DNA of 64,000 nucleotides, taken from Nitrospirales bacterium. Its GTDB lineage: Bacteria > Nitrospirota > Nitrospiria > Nitrospirales > UBA8639. The stretch covers positions 256,001-320,000 of the forward strand of contig CBDCWC010000002.1 of NCBI GenBank assembly GCA_965223295.1. Direction: 5' to 3'. The notes below the pieces were generated by a model. The model was given only the letters and a program-made list of their open reading frames with translations, did no database searches and was not told where the DNA came from. Position numbers and translations under genes: made by a program. Positions 53,977 through 62,977 of the stretch are shown here, one piece after another (within the stretch, counting starts at the first letter, position 1; each line of letters starts with the position of its first letter).

Positions 53977-54179
53977 GAGAGTATTGAATAATACAAAACT
54001 AATACAAAACATAAAAGGCAAATTTGCTCATGATCACGTCGGGTAGCAAAAGTTTCGGAGGCGGTTCAAAAAAGTTCATCCGGCAAGGCCGCAGCCATTT
54101 TTGCGCGTAGAGCGTACTGGTCCTACGTGAGCACGGAACAATGGCGAGAACGCCGCTGGTGACTTTTTTCAACAGCCCC
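53977..54179 (+). mobile_element. MITE-like repeat family A, copy 10
   Basis: GAGAGTATTGA...TCAACAGCCCC; direct repeat TAATT at 53972-53976 and 54180-54184; internal 11-nt tandem duplication TAATACAAAAC. Confidence 0.85.
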
Positions 54180-54249
54180 TAATTTTACTTTGGGCAATTC
54201 AGGAGAGGATTTGTGTATAATCAACTGAGATGAGATTGCGCAATGCCCA

Positions 54250-55134
54250 TTGTCTCCGAAAAGTGGGACAGGTATGAGTGGAACGATGATGACTTCTTTA
54301 GGAACGATGATGACTTCTTTACTGAAAACACATTTATGTATGCCTTTCATGTTGAGCTGTTGTTTGGCTTTGGGAGCAGGAATGATTGGCTGTCAGAATG
54401 TCGAAGCTAATTATCAGGAGGGTGTTACAGCGCTGGAAGCCGGCGAATATGAAAAGGCCTTGAAGCAATTTCGTTCGGCTGCCGAGGCTGGGCATGCGGG
54501 AGCTCAGGCTGCTCTTGGAGAACTCTATGTGAGTGGAAAGGGAACTGATCGTAATGCGTTGGAAGCCGCGAAGTGGTACCGACTGGCTGCTGAGCAGGGT
54601 CATGTGGATGCACAAGTGACGTTGGGATGGATGTTCAATGCAGGCACTGGGGTTCCTCAGGACTTTACCGAAGCCATTAAGTGGTTTCAATTAGCTGCAG
54701 AGCAAGGACATCCAGGTGCGCAAAACAATTTGGGGGTTCTATATCGTCAAGGGCGAGGAGACCAAAATGATGTGAAAAAGGCTGTGGGCTGGTTCCAAAA
54801 AGCCGCAAACCAGGAGATGGCTCCAGCCCAATATGCACTCGGGCAAATGTATTTGAATGGTGAAGGTGTTGAGCAAAGTGTGGTGAAGGCTGTTAAGTGG
54901 TATACGCGAGCAGCGGCACAGGGTCTTTTAGAGGCTCAGGCTGACTTAGGGTATTTATATGCTTCACGGGAAGATAAAGTCCCACAAGATTTTCTCATTG
55001 CCTATAAATGGCTAACATTGGCGGCCCAAAAAGGGGACAGGATCGCTAAAAAAGATCTGGAAAAGTTGGAGCTCACGATGACCCCTGACCAAATCAAGAA
55101 AGCGAAAGAGCTTGTTAGGAAAGAGGCTGGCTGA
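54250..55134 (+). CDS. Exported Sel1-like repeat protein
   Basis: Repeated AxxWYxxAAEQGHxxAQxxLGxxYxxGxG units; true start probably downstream of 54250. Confidence 0.9.
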   Translation: MSPKSGTGMSGTMMTSLGTMMTSLLKTHLCMPFMLSCCLALGAGMIGCQNVEANYQEGVTALEAGEYEKALKQFRSAAEAGHAGAQAALGELYVSGKGTDRNALEAAKWYRLAAEQGHVDAQVTLGWMFNAGTGVPQDFTEAIKWFQLAAEQGHPGAQNNLGVLYRQGRGDQNDVKKAVGWFQKAANQEMAPAQYALGQMYLNGEGVEQSVVKAVKWYTRAAAQGLLEAQADLGYLYASREDKVPQDFLIAYKWLTLAAQKGDRIAKKDLEKLELTMTPDQIKKAKELVRKEAG

Positions 55135-55204
55135 TGAAGACGATGTTTTTATCATATAAAGTGGATAACCCCCTAGATAAGGTCATTGATATGTGGAGGA
55201 ACTC

Positions 55205-56125
55205 ATGAATTGGAAATTATCTGTTATAGGAGTCATTGGGATAGGGTTCGGACTATTCCTAGAGGCACCAGTTTGGTCCTACGAGGAAATCAAAGTTACA
55301 AATGGAGGAACAATCCAGGGTGCGGTGACCATCGAAGGGGGGAAGCCGAGGCCCATGGCCTTCAATTTGGTGACGATTCCAGACCCGGTGTTTTGTGGAA
55401 CCATTTCTACAGGGACAGGATGGCGTCTTGTGGATGATTTTATCATTGGGCCCAAGGGAGAATTAAAGGATGTCGTGGTCATGCTCAAGGGCGTGACCAA
55501 AGGCAAACCATTTTCATTGCCGAAGGTCAGGATTGAGTCAATCGATTGTGAGTTTCTTCCATTTGTGAACGTCATTAAGGATCGCGATGAAATTGAAGTT
55601 GTGAACATGGATCCAGTCGAACATGATATTCAAGGTTATGAAACGGCCAGAAAGCGTGGTGCCCGAGTTCTGTTTAATCGACCGTTACCCATGAATCCTT
55701 TTCTTGAGTATGCGGGGATGTTTGGGAAGAAATATATGGCGGGCGAACCCATGGTAGAACAAATTCACTTACGAAAAGGGCGGAATGTATTTGTGATGCA
55801 ATGTGGATTTCATCCCTATATGTTTTCCTGGGGATTAGTTGCCGAGAATCCGTATTTTTCTATCACCAAAGAAGATGGCAAGTTTATGATTAAGGATATA
55901 CCTCCAGGAGAATATGTATTGGCGGCCTGGCATCCAGGGGTCAATAAGTTTATAGAACAAACGGTGAACGTCAAAGCCAAGGGTATGACTTCGGCACAAT
56001 TTACCTTTCAGTCGCCGCAGGGTCGGCGGAGTGCTCATGAAATAGAAGACAACCCTCGGTTTGGGTTAGAGTTATTGGAAGAGGGACAGGAAATTGTTCC
56101 ATCGAAACGTCGGCAAATTCCGTAG
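55205..56125 (+). CDS. Exported cupredoxin-like / carboxypeptidase-regulatory-like protein
   Basis: GGAGG RBS; signal peptide; NMDPVEHD and QCGFHPYM motifs. Confidence 0.78.
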   Translation: MNWKLSVIGVIGIGFGLFLEAPVWSYEEIKVTNGGTIQGAVTIEGGKPRPMAFNLVTIPDPVFCGTISTGTGWRLVDDFIIGPKGELKDVVVMLKGVTKGKPFSLPKVRIESIDCEFLPFVNVIKDRDEIEVVNMDPVEHDIQGYETARKRGARVLFNRPLPMNPFLEYAGMFGKKYMAGEPMVEQIHLRKGRNVFVMQCGFHPYMFSWGLVAENPYFSITKEDGKFMIKDIPPGEYVLAAWHPGVNKFIEQTVNVKAKGMTSAQFTFQSPQGRRSAHEIEDNPRFGLELLEEGQEIVPSKRRQIP

Positions 56126-56256
56126 GGCGCTGTGGCGTGTGAGGGGGCTTGAGCACTATGGACAAAACTGAGGAACGAACCCAATATTCCTGAAGATCAT
56201 TCTGACCGGTTCGAAGTCTTTCCACGAGTTCTATAATGGCGAAAGGAGGGGCAGTT

Positions 56257-56877
56257 ATGAACACGAAATGTCGTGTGGTCGGATTACTCGTGAGTTTCGT
56301 TTTTGTATTTGGGTCTATGGGAGCAGCCTTCGCTGCTGATGAGGAGACGGTTGAAGTCAGCTTTTCACCTGAAGTTGTGGCTAATTATATTCATGCCGTT
56401 ATTGCAGCGGATCGCGGGTTGTATACCACTCATGTGGTGGACCGATTGCAGGAAGAGCGCGTAGTGGTGGCCGTTGAAGCGTGGAAGCAACGAAAGGCCC
56501 TTCCGCTCCCTGCACAAATGTTGCTCATGGCGGGACGTGTTGTCGAAATGGGTGGGTCTGGTCTTCTCTATCGCCTGGCAAGTCTCTGGCCTATTTATGA
56601 GGAAAATGGCCCAAGTAACGTCTTTGAAGAAGCAGGGTTGAAAGTGGTGGCTGAGGATCCTGATGAGGTTTATAGCGGCATTATCACGAGAGGGGACAAA
56701 CGATTTTTTAAGGCCATCTATGCAGATCGAGCGGTCTCTAAGGCCTGTGTAAATTGCCACAATGGACATATTTTGAGCGGCAAGCGAGACTTTAAGTTGG
56801 GGGATGTCATGGGGGGGATTATCATCTCGTTCCCTTTACCCATGGAAAAAAATGAATCCCCTGATTCGGCTGGTTAA
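56257..56877 (+). CDS. DUF3365-like exported c-type cytochrome
   Basis: Signal peptide; ACVNCH; FKLGDVMGGIIIS; AGGAGG RBS. Confidence 0.85.
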   Translation: MNTKCRVVGLLVSFVFVFGSMGAAFAADEETVEVSFSPEVVANYIHAVIAADRGLYTTHVVDRLQEERVVVAVEAWKQRKALPLPAQMLLMAGRVVEMGGSGLLYRLASLWPIYEENGPSNVFEEAGLKVVAEDPDEVYSGIITRGDKRFFKAIYADRAVSKACVNCHNGHILSGKRDFKLGDVMGGIIISFPLPMEKNESPDSAG

Positions 56878-56912
56878 TCTTAGGGGGCGTTGTTCTATTC
56901 GGTTAACTTTCA

Positions 56913-56993
56913 GGGTCTGTTGAAAAAGGCCGTTGACCGCCAAGGTTTTCCTGTGACATGTGGCCCTCGGTATCTTCATGTTTCAACGCTCCT
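56913..56993 (-). mobile_element. MITE-like repeat family A, internally deleted copy 11
   Basis: Keeps both ends (GGGTCTGTTGAAAAAGGCC and TATCTTCATGTTTCAACGCTCC) but lacks the core; lies between convergent genes. Confidence 0.65.
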
Positions 56994-57006
56994 CATGTAG
57001 AACTAT

Positions 57007-60000
57007 TCAAGAGAGAAGCTGTTTCGTGATAGCTCCCTGATCGTAAAATTGGCGAGGTTCAATCATTAACGCGTTTTTGTGACTTTCAGACACATTCCAT
57101 ATTGGTTGAAATCGTTGCACCAAAAGGCTAATGGAATGTGTGTCTCGTTGCAAAATGCCTCCGATAATTAATAAACAATTATCGGAAAAAATCTCATTTT
57201 GTTGTTTATTGGCAAACACATGATGTGGAATGGCCAAATCCAGAAAACCAAACTCATCTTCTAATGTGCCGAATGTCATGCCCTTGGCTGTTTGTGGCCG
57301 CTGTCTGACCAGTAGTAATCCACAGACTGTAATCATTTGTCCATTTTCTGTTTGACGGGCCATTTGGGTTGATAGATAGGGCAAGATTAGAGCCTTTCTG
57401 AGTCCTTCCATCGGATGTCCATGGAGTGAAAGATGGAATGTGTTGTAATCTTCTGTGATCGTTTCGTGTTGACTGAGTTTGTGGAAAACAGGACGATCAA
57501 TACGACTCAATGGGAGAGGTGAAAATATATTGGGTTGTTGCGATTGATAGTTCAGTTGATATTCTAGGATTTGCCATAGACTATGGCGTTGATCGAGCCC
57601 GAAACATGAAAATACATTTCCCATTGCTAAACGATGGATGATATTGTTGCGTAATGTGACTCGGCGAAGAAAATCGTGCAAGTCATGAAATGGTCTTTGA
57701 TTGATGAGCTGTTGCGCTTGCCGTTTCTCTAATCCTTTGACCACGCGCCATCCCAAACGTACGGCGTTGTTTTCTAGGGTACAGTCCCACTGTGATTGAT
57801 TAGGGTGAACGGGTAAAATTTGTACGCCATGGCGTTTAGCATCGTCAATGAGCGTGTGGACAGCATAGAATCCCAGAGGCTGGGAGTTAATGAGCGCGCA
57901 CAAAAAGATAGCTGGATAATGACATTTCACATATGCCGAGGCGTAGGCTAACAGCGCAAAACTTGCTGAGTGGCTTTCAGGAAATCCATATTGCGCAAAG
58001 CCTTTGATCTGTTGAAAGACACGTTCAGCAAAGGTTTGGGGAAGTCCGTTTCGTTGTAAGCCAGCCATTAAACGTGCGCCAGTTTTTTCAATAGAGCCTT
58101 CCGAACGCCATGCCGCAATCGCGCGGCGCAACTCATCAGCTTCTCCCGGTGTAAAGTCTGCCAGCTCAATAGCCATTTTCATGACTTGTTCTTGAAACAG
58201 CGGAATGCCGAGGGTTTTGCCTAAAATAGTCCTGAGCTTTGGATGAGGATAGTCGACTTCCTCTATCTTGCGGCGTCGTTTCAAATACGGGTGAACCATT
58301 TTTCCTTGGATTGGGCCTGGACGAACGATAGCAATTTGAATGACGAGGTCATAAAAATTTTTTGGCAAGAGCCGGCCCAGCATTGAGATTTGGGCGCGGC
58401 TTTCAATTTGAAAGGTTCCAACGGTGTCAGCATGTTGAATCATGCGAAATGTCTTCGGGTCATTGGCAGGAATTTCGTGGAGCTGCATGCCAATCGCATC
58501 CAGACTCTTTCGAAGGGTAGAAAGCATTCCCAGGGAAAGGATATCGATTTTCAAAAGCCCCAGATAGTCCAAGTCATACTTATCCCATTGAATGATCGTT
58601 CGTCCTTCCATGCGAGCGGGTTCAACAGGCACGATGTCAATGATTGGATCAGCCGATAGGGTAAAGCCTCCACTATGAATAGAAAGATGACGAGGAAATC
58701 CTTTCATCTCTTCGGTGAGTTCTTCGACCTGTTGTTGGCAATGTGGAATGTTCGTCTTGGCTGCTAACGAATCAAAGTTCTTCTCTATGTTTTTTGCTGA
58801 TTGATTGCCAATGTTCAAGCCTAGGCTTTTACTGACTTCACGAAAGGCCTGACGACGACGATAGGTCACAACCGCGCTGATCATGGCGGCACGATCTCGG
58901 CCATACTTGTCATAGATATAATGGATTACTTCTTCCCGCCGTTCATGTTCAAAGTCCACATCGATATCAGGCGGCTCTCCACGTTCGGCCGAAATAAAAC
59001 GTTCAAATAGAAGATTCATCTGAACAGGATCAATGGCCGTAATGCCTAGGCAATAACACATCACACTGTTTGCAGCGGAGCCTCGCCCTTGGCAGAGGAT
59101 CTTTTGCTTTCTCGCAAATTGTACGATGTCATAAATTGTTAAAAAGTAATCGGCAAAGCCTAAGTTTTTTGTGAGCATGAGTTCATGCCGAATTTGCCGT
59201 GCGACCTCTTTTGGAATCTTTCCATGATAGCGTATACGGGCTCCTTGCCATGTTTCATGTTCTAAATAGCTTTGTGCGGTATGATTTTGTGGAATCCATT
59301 CTGAAGGGTAGCGATAGCGCAGCTCACTGGGACAAAAGGTACAACGTTCAGCAATCTCTAGAGTATTAGAAAGAGCTTCTGGTATATCAGCAAACAATTG
59401 CTGCATCAGTTGAGGTGACTTGAGGTAGTGCTCGTTGTTAGAGAACAATCTGAATCCACTAGATTGCACAGATTGCCCATGTCGAATGGCCGTGAGAACA
59501 TCATGCAACTTTTGGCGTTCAGACACGTGATAATGCACGTCATTAGAGGCCGCAATTTTGCTGCCCCACCTCTGAGCGAGTTTCCGTGCCGTGTTGAGAC
59601 GTTGTTGGTCATGGCCGTCTTTGAAACGAGATACAGGAATGTACAAACGATCGTCAAAGAGTGTTTTGAGGAGAGGAAACGGGGCCTGTTCATGGGGTAG
59701 GGCAAGCAGGCCGTCATGGCCAGGTCGTGTCATAAAGTGTTGCAATTCGTCAATCGTAAGCGAGGCTTTTCCTTTAGGCTTATCTTGATGGCTGGTCGTA
59801 ATCATTCGGCATAAAAGGCTATAGGCTTGGCGATCTTGTGCGAGGAGTGTAAGGCGGGGATGTTGGGAAAGTGCTAGCGAGGTACCAACAATTAACTTAA
59901 GTGCTGGATAGTGTTTGGCAGCCCAATAGGCTTTGGGAATCGCATAGACACCATCATGATCCGTAATGGCGATAGCTGATAGTCCAAGTTCGGCGGCGCG

Positions 60001-60078
60001 GTGAATCAGTTCTTCAGGGTGAGAGGCTCCAGTCAAAAATGAAAAATTGGTCTTGCATTGCAATTCGGCATACATCAA
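57007..60078 (-). CDS. dnaE2: Error-prone DNA polymerase DnaE2 (ImuC)
   Basis: YAELQCKTNFSFLTGASHPEEL, GRGSAANS, ERGEPPDIDVDFEHERREEV, FPRHLSIHSGG, YGFPESH. Confidence 0.96.
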   Translation of the reverse strand: MMYAELQCKTNFSFLTGASHPEELIHRAAELGLSAIAITDHDGVYAIPKAYWAAKHYPALKLIVGTSLALSQHPRLTLLAQDRQAYSLLCRMITTSHQDKPKGKASLTIDELQHFMTRPGHDGLLALPHEQAPFPLLKTLFDDRLYIPVSRFKDGHDQQRLNTARKLAQRWGSKIAASNDVHYHVSERQKLHDVLTAIRHGQSVQSSGFRLFSNNEHYLKSPQLMQQLFADIPEALSNTLEIAERCTFCPSELRYRYPSEWIPQNHTAQSYLEHETWQGARIRYHGKIPKEVARQIRHELMLTKNLGFADYFLTIYDIVQFARKQKILCQGRGSAANSVMCYCLGITAIDPVQMNLLFERFISAERGEPPDIDVDFEHERREEVIHYIYDKYGRDRAAMISAVVTYRRRQAFREVSKSLGLNIGNQSAKNIEKNFDSLAAKTNIPHCQQQVEELTEEMKGFPRHLSIHSGGFTLSADPIIDIVPVEPARMEGRTIIQWDKYDLDYLGLLKIDILSLGMLSTLRKSLDAIGMQLHEIPANDPKTFRMIQHADTVGTFQIESRAQISMLGRLLPKNFYDLVIQIAIVRPGPIQGKMVHPYLKRRRKIEEVDYPHPKLRTILGKTLGIPLFQEQVMKMAIELADFTPGEADELRRAIAAWRSEGSIEKTGARLMAGLQRNGLPQTFAERVFQQIKGFAQYGFPESHSASFALLAYASAYVKCHYPAIFLCALINSQPLGFYAVHTLIDDAKRHGVQILPVHPNQSQWDCTLENNAVRLGWRVVKGLEKRQAQQLINQRPFHDLHDFLRRVTLRNNIIHRLAMGNVFSCFGLDQRHSLWQILEYQLNYQSQQPNIFSPLPLSRIDRPVFHKLSQHETITEDYNTFHLSLHGHPMEGLRKALILPYLSTQMARQTENGQMITVCGLLLVRQRPQTAKGMTFGTLEDEFGFLDLAIPHHVFANKQQNEIFSDNCLLIIGGILQRDTHSISLLVQRFQPIWNVSESHKNALMIEPRQFYDQGAITKQLLS

Positions 60079-60092
60079 TTCCAGATACCTTG

Positions 60093-61358
60093 TTAATCAA
60101 AATATCCATGAAGATAATAATCATTCGAACCGGGAATCTGAAAAATCCATAATCGTTCCCCAGTATGCGTGTGTATCGTGTAATAGTTTCTGTCAAAGGA
60201 GTGATCCCACCATTCTCCGCAGAGGTGCTCGGGCCCATCGGTCTCGATGATGTTCCATTGTGTTGTTCTACAGACGATAGATGAATAGCTCTTCTTTATG
60301 TGTTCGGGGTGCCTGAGGAGCCGGAGAGGGCGTTTCGGAAACGGAAGGCTCACGGTTGATGGGAGCTCCATAGTTTTTTGCCATGCCCGTTCTGGACAAT
60401 AATGTTCAATCGGAGAGGCCAGAAAAGATGTCCCCTTTCCCACTCGTTCTGTAATTCGTGCAATGAGTGATGTCCAGGCCTCGTGCTCGTCTTCTTGGCG
60501 ACTGAACAGGTTCGTCTGTGACCCATGCCATGGTGAGGTTTCTAGGGCTTGTAGCGAGAGAAAGATCACAGGTGACTTTAAGGGTTCTGTGTTGAGTGTT
60601 CGATGCAACCGCTCGCGCATGATAGCCAGAATGGTTTGAGGATTCGATTGAGGTAATGGGAAATCAATAATCCATCTGCGCATCGGTTCTCGAATTGTCG
60701 AATACGGTTCTTGTTTGATCACAAATTCTAGTGTTCCCATTCGTTCAGCTCGTCCGCGTAGCCGGACCGTCAATCGATTAAGCAACCTCTTAAGCATAAA
60801 CAAGAGCGGTTCTAGGTTTTGAATCGCGTAGCTTTCATCAATATCAATGGCTTCCACAATGTGCTCTTGTTTCGTAAAGAGCGGCCAAAGAAGGGACGTC
60901 GCATCGTTGGCGCGTTGAGCAATGAATAAGCCGAGTGTGCCAAATCTGGAGCCCCAAGTTGATGCTGGAAATTTGAGGAAATCTTCAATCGTACAAATTC
61001 CGAGTTGCTTGAGCGCAACGAGCATGTTGTCTGCGGTAGTACCTGAATAAAATGGGTCCCAATAATCCGTGATGGCATCAATTGGCAGCCTCAACTTTGT
61101 TGTACATTGATAGCGAGCGAGAGCCAAAGCTGTTGGGAGATCTTCACCGATAGCAAGGCTGGCTTGGACTTCAAAGGATGCCAGCATCTCTTGCAAGCCA
61201 GCTAGTACGACCTCCTCTGTATAAAGATGGCGAGATTTACCAATTCCTAAAAAAACCGCTTCATGACTCACAGCAATTTGTGGTGTCCAGTGTAGGCAGG
61301 CTTCAGCAAGAGCTGAAAGGGGAGACGGTGAGTCAAAGAGTAAGCACAGGACTTTCAT
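60093..61358 (-). CDS. imuB: ImuB, Y-family polymerase-like protein
   Basis: Lies between imuA and dnaE2; C-terminal RPLRLL, GPEHLCGEWW, RNYY, YLHGYFD. Confidence 0.88.
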   Translation of the reverse strand: MKVLCLLFDSPSPLSALAEACLHWTPQIAVSHEAVFLGIGKSRHLYTEEVVLAGLQEMLASFEVQASLAIGEDLPTALALARYQCTTKLRLPIDAITDYWDPFYSGTTADNMLVALKQLGICTIEDFLKFPASTWGSRFGTLGLFIAQRANDATSLLWPLFTKQEHIVEAIDIDESYAIQNLEPLLFMLKRLLNRLTVRLRGRAERMGTLEFVIKQEPYSTIREPMRRWIIDFPLPQSNPQTILAIMRERLHRTLNTEPLKSPVIFLSLQALETSPWHGSQTNLFSRQEDEHEAWTSLIARITERVGKGTSFLASPIEHYCPERAWQKTMELPSTVSLPFPKRPLRLLRHPEHIKKSYSSIVCRTTQWNIIETDGPEHLCGEWWDHSFDRNYYTIHTHTGERLWIFQIPGSNDYYLHGYFD

Positions 61359-61361
61359 GGT

Positions 61362-61551
61362 GGACTATTGAATAATGAAGATATCAATGGACATATATGC
61401 CCATCGTGATGTTAGGTACGAAGAGCTTTGGGGCAGTTCAAAAAAGTCCATCCAGCAAGGCCGCAGCCATTTTTGCGCGCGGAGCGTACTAATACTACGT
61501 GAGCACGGGAAAATGGCGAGAAAGCCGCTGGGGGTTTTTTTCAACAGCCCC
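61362..61551 (+). mobile_element. MITE-like repeat family A, copy 12, at the imuA/imuB junction
   Basis: Full copy; direct repeat ATGGT at 61357-61361 and 61552-61556. Confidence 0.9.
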
Positions 61552-62071
61552 ATGGTTGTTTGGTCACCATGACAGTGAGATCACCTGTGATGCCTTTCTG
61601 ATGAACATGAAGTTGCATGCGAATTGGCCATGCAGATTGTAGATAGTCTGAAAGAAGAATTAACACACAATTGGCTCTTTCTGTTGTTAGCTGCAAGCGT
61701 CGTAACATGGTCAAATTAAATGGTGCCGTATCGACAATCACGACCTGAAATAATTGACTGCGTAGGAGTTGGAGTGTCACCCACGGGACGTCTTTCCCAG
61801 CTTCATTAAACAGGAGCCGATCCAGGGCGACGTGTCGTTGAAGGACGGCGCAGGGATAGAGCGAGAGCACCGATTCTACCCAGGCCGCCTGTAAGTGAGG
61901 GTTTTCAGCAAGAAACTGCATCACAAGTTCAGTTTTCCCTTTTCCCGCAATTTCGGTCATGATTCCTCGTAGTATCCCAGATGGTATGAGTGAGCATTGG
62001 AATGTTTCCCTAGTTGGTGACTCATGAATTGCTCGAATCTGAGCGCGCAGCTGTTCTAATGATGACGACAT
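61541..62071 (-). CDS. imuA: ImuA-like RecA-fold protein
   Basis: GILRGIMTEIAGKGKTEL, LRSQLFQVVI, LRRLQL; start at 62071 (the longer ORF runs through a MITE); stop codon supplied by MITE copy 12. Confidence 0.82.
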   Translation of the reverse strand: MSSSLEQLRAQIRAIHESPTRETFQCSLIPSGILRGIMTEIAGKGKTELVMQFLAENPHLQAAWVESVLSLYPCAVLQRHVALDRLLFNEAGKDVPWVTLQLLRSQLFQVVIVDTAPFNLTMLRRLQLTTERANCVLILLSDYLQSAWPIRMQLHVHQKGITGDLTVMVTKQPWGC

Positions 62072-62212
62072 GGGCACCTCTAAAAACTGATGATTTTTTC
62101 TGAGAGGAAGGAAGCGGTGCGCGGAAAACCGCAGTGTATGGGCCAATACATGAGGATTTGAGCACGCCGCTGACGCCGCCATCGGGAAAAAGGATAGTTT
62201 TTAGAGGTGCCC
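62072..62212. mobile_element. MITE family B (141 bp)
   Basis: Perfect 17-bp TIR GGGCACCTCTAAAAACT; direct repeat ACAT at 62068-62071 and 62213-62216. Confidence 0.88.
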
Positions 62213-62218
62213 ACATGT

Positions 62219-62809
62219 TTATGGTAATGAGCGAAGCACACCGACTAAGACCCCTTCAATTCTAAATAAGTGAGGTGGCTTTACCGTTATGGCATCATAC
62301 TGAGCATTTGCCGGACGCAATTCGATTGCTTGACGTTTCTTGTAAAACTTTTTGAGTGTTGCTTCACCATCAATCGATGCAACAACGGTCTGCCCGTTAT
62401 GAGCTGTGAATTGCTTGCGGATGATCACATAATCACCATCAACAATCGCATCGTCGATCATTGAATTCCCTCGTACTTGAAGCACATAGTGATCAAACCC
62501 AGTCTTGAGGAAATTCGCTGGGACTTCTGTCAATTCGCCATGCATAACATGTTCGATGGGTTTGCCTGCCGCCACTTTGCCCAAAAGAGGAAGGCGATTG
62601 GCTGTTTGGGTGACAGCCACGCTCCTTTGTCGAGCCTGGGTTGTGAGATGCCCCTGTTCTTTGAGCCGTCGGACATAGGCTGACACGGTTCCTCGTGATT
62701 TGAATGAAAAATGATTGGCAATATCTTGATTGGATGGCGCATAGCTATGCCGATGTGTAAATTCCCGGATAAAGTCTATGACCTGTTTCTGTTTTGGGGT
62801 TAAAGCCAT
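62219..62809 (-). CDS. lexA: LexA repressor
   Basis: LTPKQ winged-helix start, LPLLGKVAAG cleavage site, GNSM catalytic Ser, ATLKK catalytic Lys. Confidence 0.95.
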   Translation of the reverse strand: MALTPKQKQVIDFIREFTHRHSYAPSNQDIANHFSFKSRGTVSAYVRRLKEQGHLTTQARQRSVAVTQTANRLPLLGKVAAGKPIEHVMHGELTEVPANFLKTGFDHYVLQVRGNSMIDDAIVDGDYVIIRKQFTAHNGQTVVASIDGEATLKKFYKKRQAIELRPANAQYDAITVKPPHLFRIEGVLVGVLRSLP

Positions 62810-62844
62810 AAAAAATCATAATCGCTCAGATATCGCTCAGTCAA
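62810..62844 (-). promoter_or_regulatory. Sigma70 promoter of lexA operon (likely leaderless) with direct-repeat operator candidate
   Basis: TTGACT-N18-TATGAT-N5-ATG; CTGAGCGAT twice with an 11-nt period. Confidence 0.7.
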
Positions 62845-62977
62845 GAGAACAGTTTTTTATGGCTTCAAACCCAAGAATTCAATCATCTTTTCGTTTGTAT
62901 TCTTCTGGCTTATGAGGGTATCGTAGCGACAGATGTGGTGAATTTTTTAACTATCAATGACATAAGGAGAGAGTCTT

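Noticed and set aside
48272-54179. Composite transposon: same-subtype MITE copies 9 and 10 flank MCO paralog 2 in inverted orientation
   Set aside because: Each copy has its own target duplication (AAACA/ATACA and TAATT), and the outer flanks do not match, so they are independent insertions.
2241-61551. CRISPR array from the recurring repeat
   Set aside because: Copies are dispersed, about 190 bp long, with no regular spacers and no cas genes.
62072-62182. 37-aa N-terminal extension of ImuA in the ORF track
   Set aside because: It derives from the family B MITE; the reconstructed empty site places the start at 62071.
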